Below, piece after piece: positions 25,160-27,389 of a stretch of DNA of 27,389 nt; the stretch's first letter is position 1; the number at the start of each line of letters is the position of its first letter. The notes under the pieces were generated by a model, which had not been told where the DNA came from, searched no databases, and saw nothing but the letters and a program-made list of their open reading frames with translations. The stretch spans positions 1-27,389 of the forward strand of contig JACPWU010000013.1 of NCBI GenBank assembly GCA_016196885.1, in the 5' to 3' direction. A program made the position numbers and the translations under genes. Origin of the DNA: Chlamydiota bacterium. GTDB lineage: Bacteria > Auribacterota > JACPWU01.

Positions 25160-26336
25160 TATTTTTTCCACCTTGTTCTGGGAGTAATTTCATTTTCCTT
25201 TTCATTCCCATCGGCAGGAGGATAGAGACGGTTGTTCCTTTTCCAAATCGGCTCGTCACATCAATTTTTCCACCGTGGTCTTTCACAATACGATAAGAGA
25301 TCATGAGCCCCAGGCCAGAGCCGCTTGTTTTTGTTGTAAAGTAGGGCTCAAAAATTTTAGGAAGAATCTCCTTTGGAATTCCCTCTCCATTGTCTTCGAA
25401 TATGATTTTGACCTTTTCATCATCTTGAGTAAGCAAAACTTTAAGAATTCCTCCATGGGGCATGGCCTCTATGGCGTTCTTGATAATGTTAGAAAAGGCC
25501 TGCTTCATTTGGAATTCGTCCACACTCACCTTGGCAATTTTCTCGAGGAAGGATTTTTTTAAAGTAATTTTGTTCAGCACAAGTTCCTCTTTCATAAATC
25601 GCAAAGTCTCTTCAAGAATTTTAGCGATGTCGCTCCCCTGAAGATTGGGTCGAATAGGCCTGGCGGTGACTAAGAAGCTCCGGACCGTATGGTCCAAACG
25701 CCGGATTTCACTTTTGACAATCTTCAGGGACTCCAGCAAATTCTTGGAGGACGAAGTTGGGAGTTTATGCACATCCCTTTCCAAAAGCTGGAGGTGAATA
25801 TCAATCGAATTGAGAGGATTTCCAATTTCATGCGCAATGCAGGAAGCCATGAGGCTCACCGTTTGAAGCTTCTCAGAACGCATTTGATCGAGTTCTTCCT
25901 CTTTTCTTTTGGTCACATCGGTCAAAATCAGGACAAGACCGAGGTAGGCATTTCCAGAACTCACCAAGGGAAAAACATTCAAATGAAGGATGCGTGGAAT
26001 CGGATGAATCATTTGAATGTCCCGGTGAATGAGTTTCCCCCAATCCGTTTTGATCAGGGCTGCCAATTCTTCAAGCTCGAGAGACTCAAGGTAACGGGTG
26101 AGGTCTTGCCCCTCCATCTCTATGTCTTTAGCATCTAAAAACTCCTGGGCGGCATGATTGATAAAAATAATTTTCTGTGCTCTATTGGTTACAACAATGC
26201 CCTCCAGCATGCTGTTGAAAATACTTTCCAAGAGTCCTTTCTCTTGGGCCAATTGAACAAGATAATTTTCGACATGCTTGTGGTCCAGTCGTTCAATACG
26301 CGTGATTAACTTTTCTAAAAAAGTCGTTTTAGCCAT
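25149..26336 (-). CDS. Soluble PAS-domain sensor histidine kinase, 395 aa
   Basis: No TM segment. N-terminal PAS-like region (LEGIVVTNRAQKIIFINHAAQEFL). H-box SCIAHEIGNPLNSI. N-box IIKNAIEAM. G-boxes EDNGEGI and GSGLGL. Confidence 0.9.
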   Translation of the reverse strand: MAKTTFLEKLITRIERLDHKHVENYLVQLAQEKGLLESIFNSMLEGIVVTNRAQKIIFINHAAQEFLDAKDIEMEGQDLTRYLESLELEELAALIKTDWGKLIHRDIQMIHPIPRILHLNVFPLVSSGNAYLGLVLILTDVTKRKEEELDQMRSEKLQTVSLMASCIAHEIGNPLNSIDIHLQLLERDVHKLPTSSSKNLLESLKIVKSEIRRLDHTVRSFLVTARPIRPNLQGSDIAKILEETLRFMKEELVLNKITLKKSFLEKIAKVSVDEFQMKQAFSNIIKNAIEAMPHGGILKVLLTQDDEKVKIIFEDNGEGIPKEILPKIFEPYFTTKTSGSGLGLMISYRIVKDHGGKIDVTSRFGKGTTVSILLPMGMKRKMKLLPEQGGKNNEL

Positions 26337-26862
26337 GGTTGGGATGTTCTTCTTTTTTCTTTTTGATATAGGTGTCTATTGGATTAGACGGTTCAACCTG
26401 AGAAGCGGCAGGTATAGGCTTATCAAGATCTTCTTTTTTGAGACCACAATTCCAGCAAATGACAGAAAAAACCATTTTGCTTGAGCATTTTGGGCATTTC
26501 CAACCTTCCTCAAAGTCTTCATGAATGTAAAAGCGCGGCTGGTAAAATTCATTCATTTTTTTGGAGGAGAAAAGCGACAGACCATAAACCAAATAAAGAA
26601 AGGTGAAAGACAAACTGCTTAAGACTCCAATCAGTTTTGACACTTCCTCGATATTTAAGCTTAAAACGAAACCCGCGATCACTCCAAGTACCCCCAATCC
26701 CATCAAGATCAGGATAGAAACTCTTGCCCATTTTTTCTTCGGGATGAGAAAAAGGTTGAGAAAAGCAAAGGCTGAAAATGCCGGATGCACGAAAACAGTC
26801 AAGAGAACAGTCGAAATTAAATTCATACCCATTAAGATGATATGAATACTTTTAATTTTCAT
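26329..26862 (-). CDS. Four-TM membrane protein with a C-terminal cytoplasmic zinc ribbon (CPKC-x10-CWNC), 177 aa
   Basis: Four hydrophobic helices, then WKCPKCSSKMVFSVICWNCG. Its stop overlaps the kinase start (ATGGCTAA, an 8-nt overlap). Confidence 0.7.
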   Translation of the reverse strand: MKIKSIHIILMGMNLISTVLLTVFVHPAFSAFAFLNLFLIPKKKWARVSILILMGLGVLGVIAGFVLSLNIEEVSKLIGVLSSLSFTFLYLVYGLSLFSSKKMNEFYQPRFYIHEDFEEGWKCPKCSSKMVFSVICWNCGLKKEDLDKPIPAASQVEPSNPIDTYIKKKKEEHPNHG

Positions 26863-26923
26863 AATATATTTCTATCCAATATGTTATAAATAAAAATGAG
26901 TCTTTATGTCCCACTCTTATTTA

Positions 26924-26952
26924 ATTATAAGATTTTAAATGAGCGCGGTCAA
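26924..26952 (-). promoter_or_regulatory. Near-consensus sigma-70 promoter for the TM-protein/kinase/regulator operon
   Basis: The minus strand reads TTGACC (26952-26947), a 17-nt spacer, then TATAAT (26929-26924). It lies about 60 nt upstream of the ATG at 26862. A single TGTCTC half-site (26973-26968) lies just upstream of the -35 box. Confidence 0.6.
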
Positions 26953-26987
26953 TAAAAATAGAAAAGTGAGACAAAAAGATACTTCTT

Positions 26988-27284
26988 TTAGTTCTCCTGA
27001 TAAAGATAATAAAGCAGCGAAAGAATCTGATCATCGTCCAGTTTGGGGGTGGGCATTTTGACACCCGACTTCATGGCTTGAGGGTTTTTGATCCACGCCC
27101 TGGCGAAGCCAGGATTGGTTTGGCGAAGTTTATCAAGGGAGGTTCCGAAGGGCTTTCCCTTGTTTTCAAAGAGATGACAATTGATGCAGCCGGTTTTTTG
27201 AAAAAGAATTCGGCCCTCTTCAATTCTTGAATTTCGTACGATCTCGTCAATCGAGGTAGGACGGCCAGTTGCCCAGCCGCCCCC
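26988..27284 (-). pseudogene. 5'-truncated class I c-type cytochrome fragment (99 codons, no start codon)
   Basis: My own translation: ...GRPTSIDEIVRNSRIEEGRILFQKTGCINCHLFENKGKPFGTSLDKLRQTNPGFARAWIKNPQAMKSGVKMPTPKLDDDQILSLLYYLYQEN*. It has the CxxCH heme motif (CINCH) and a distal Met-Pro. The frame is closed by TGA at 27285-27287, and no ATG, GTG or TTG or signal peptide lies upstream. It is absent from the ORF track for that reason. Confidence 0.65.
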
Positions 27285-27292
27285 TCACAGAT

Positions 27293-27319
27293 CCCGACGT
27301 GCGAAATTATCGCATCGGG
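27293..27319. other. Bulged 10-bp hairpin at the point where the cytochrome c frame breaks
   Basis: CCCGA-(CG)-TGCGA AATTA TCGCA-TCGGG, read directly. The remaining 70 nt to the contig end have stops in all three minus-strand frames. Confidence 0.5.
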
Positions 27320-27389
27320 CTCTTCAGAGATACTCGCCTACGCATTTAGGCCAGTTGTCAGAGCGTGTAGATGGCTTGTGGTTTTGTCC

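Noticed and set aside
27299-27389. Group II intron 5' end (GUGCG), or an ISL3-type inverted repeat (GGCTCTTC...).
   Set aside because: Only about 90 nt are available. No domain I features or transposase can be verified, and the pentamer alone is uninformative. I reported it only as an unassigned element at the cytochrome c break.

Overview
The window is 27.4 kb, probably a whole contig from an uncultured, moderately AT-rich bacterium. It is almost entirely coding on the minus strand. All product calls rest on motifs I could read in the translations; no homology search was run.

Gene order, left to right:
- A non-coding leader ending in an orphan terminator.
- A secreted matrixin-like protease and a glycine-zipper lipoprotein.
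- A five-gene glycogen/alpha-glucan operon: glgC, glgA, galT-like, GH57, GH57.
- A membrane-anchored HExxH peptidase, divergent from RNase R.
- Phosphomannomutase/phosphoglucomutase and a cytochrome P450.
- A fused dnaK-groES-groEL chaperone operon.
- A small accessory islet: REP-like elements, a decayed DUF4143-type AAA ATPase pseudogene, and an AbiE-like wHTH + nucleotidyltransferase pair.
- A translationally coupled operon of a 4-TM zinc-ribbon protein, a soluble PAS histidine kinase and an NtrC-family sigma-54 activator.
- A 5'-truncated c-type cytochrome at the contig end.

Most interesting signals:
1. A near-consensus sigma-54 -24/-12 promoter, with an upstream inverted-repeat enhancer candidate, sits in front of dnaK-groES-groEL. 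No CIRCE or sigma-32 signal is present. The only enhancer-binding protein and its kinase lie 2.5 kb upstream. This suggests an undescribed phosphorelay/sigma-54 stress circuit for the core chaperones.
2. Tandem heptanucleotide (STRR-like) arrays fill several intercistronic spacers, including an 11-unit direct-plus-inverted array between glgC and glgA.
3. GTAG-headed REP/BIME-like palindromic doublets occur at two loci.
4. The AbiE-like pair has a consensus promoter whose spacer is filled by an inverted repeat, and an apparently leaderless mRNA.

No rRNA, tRNA or CRISPR array was seen.
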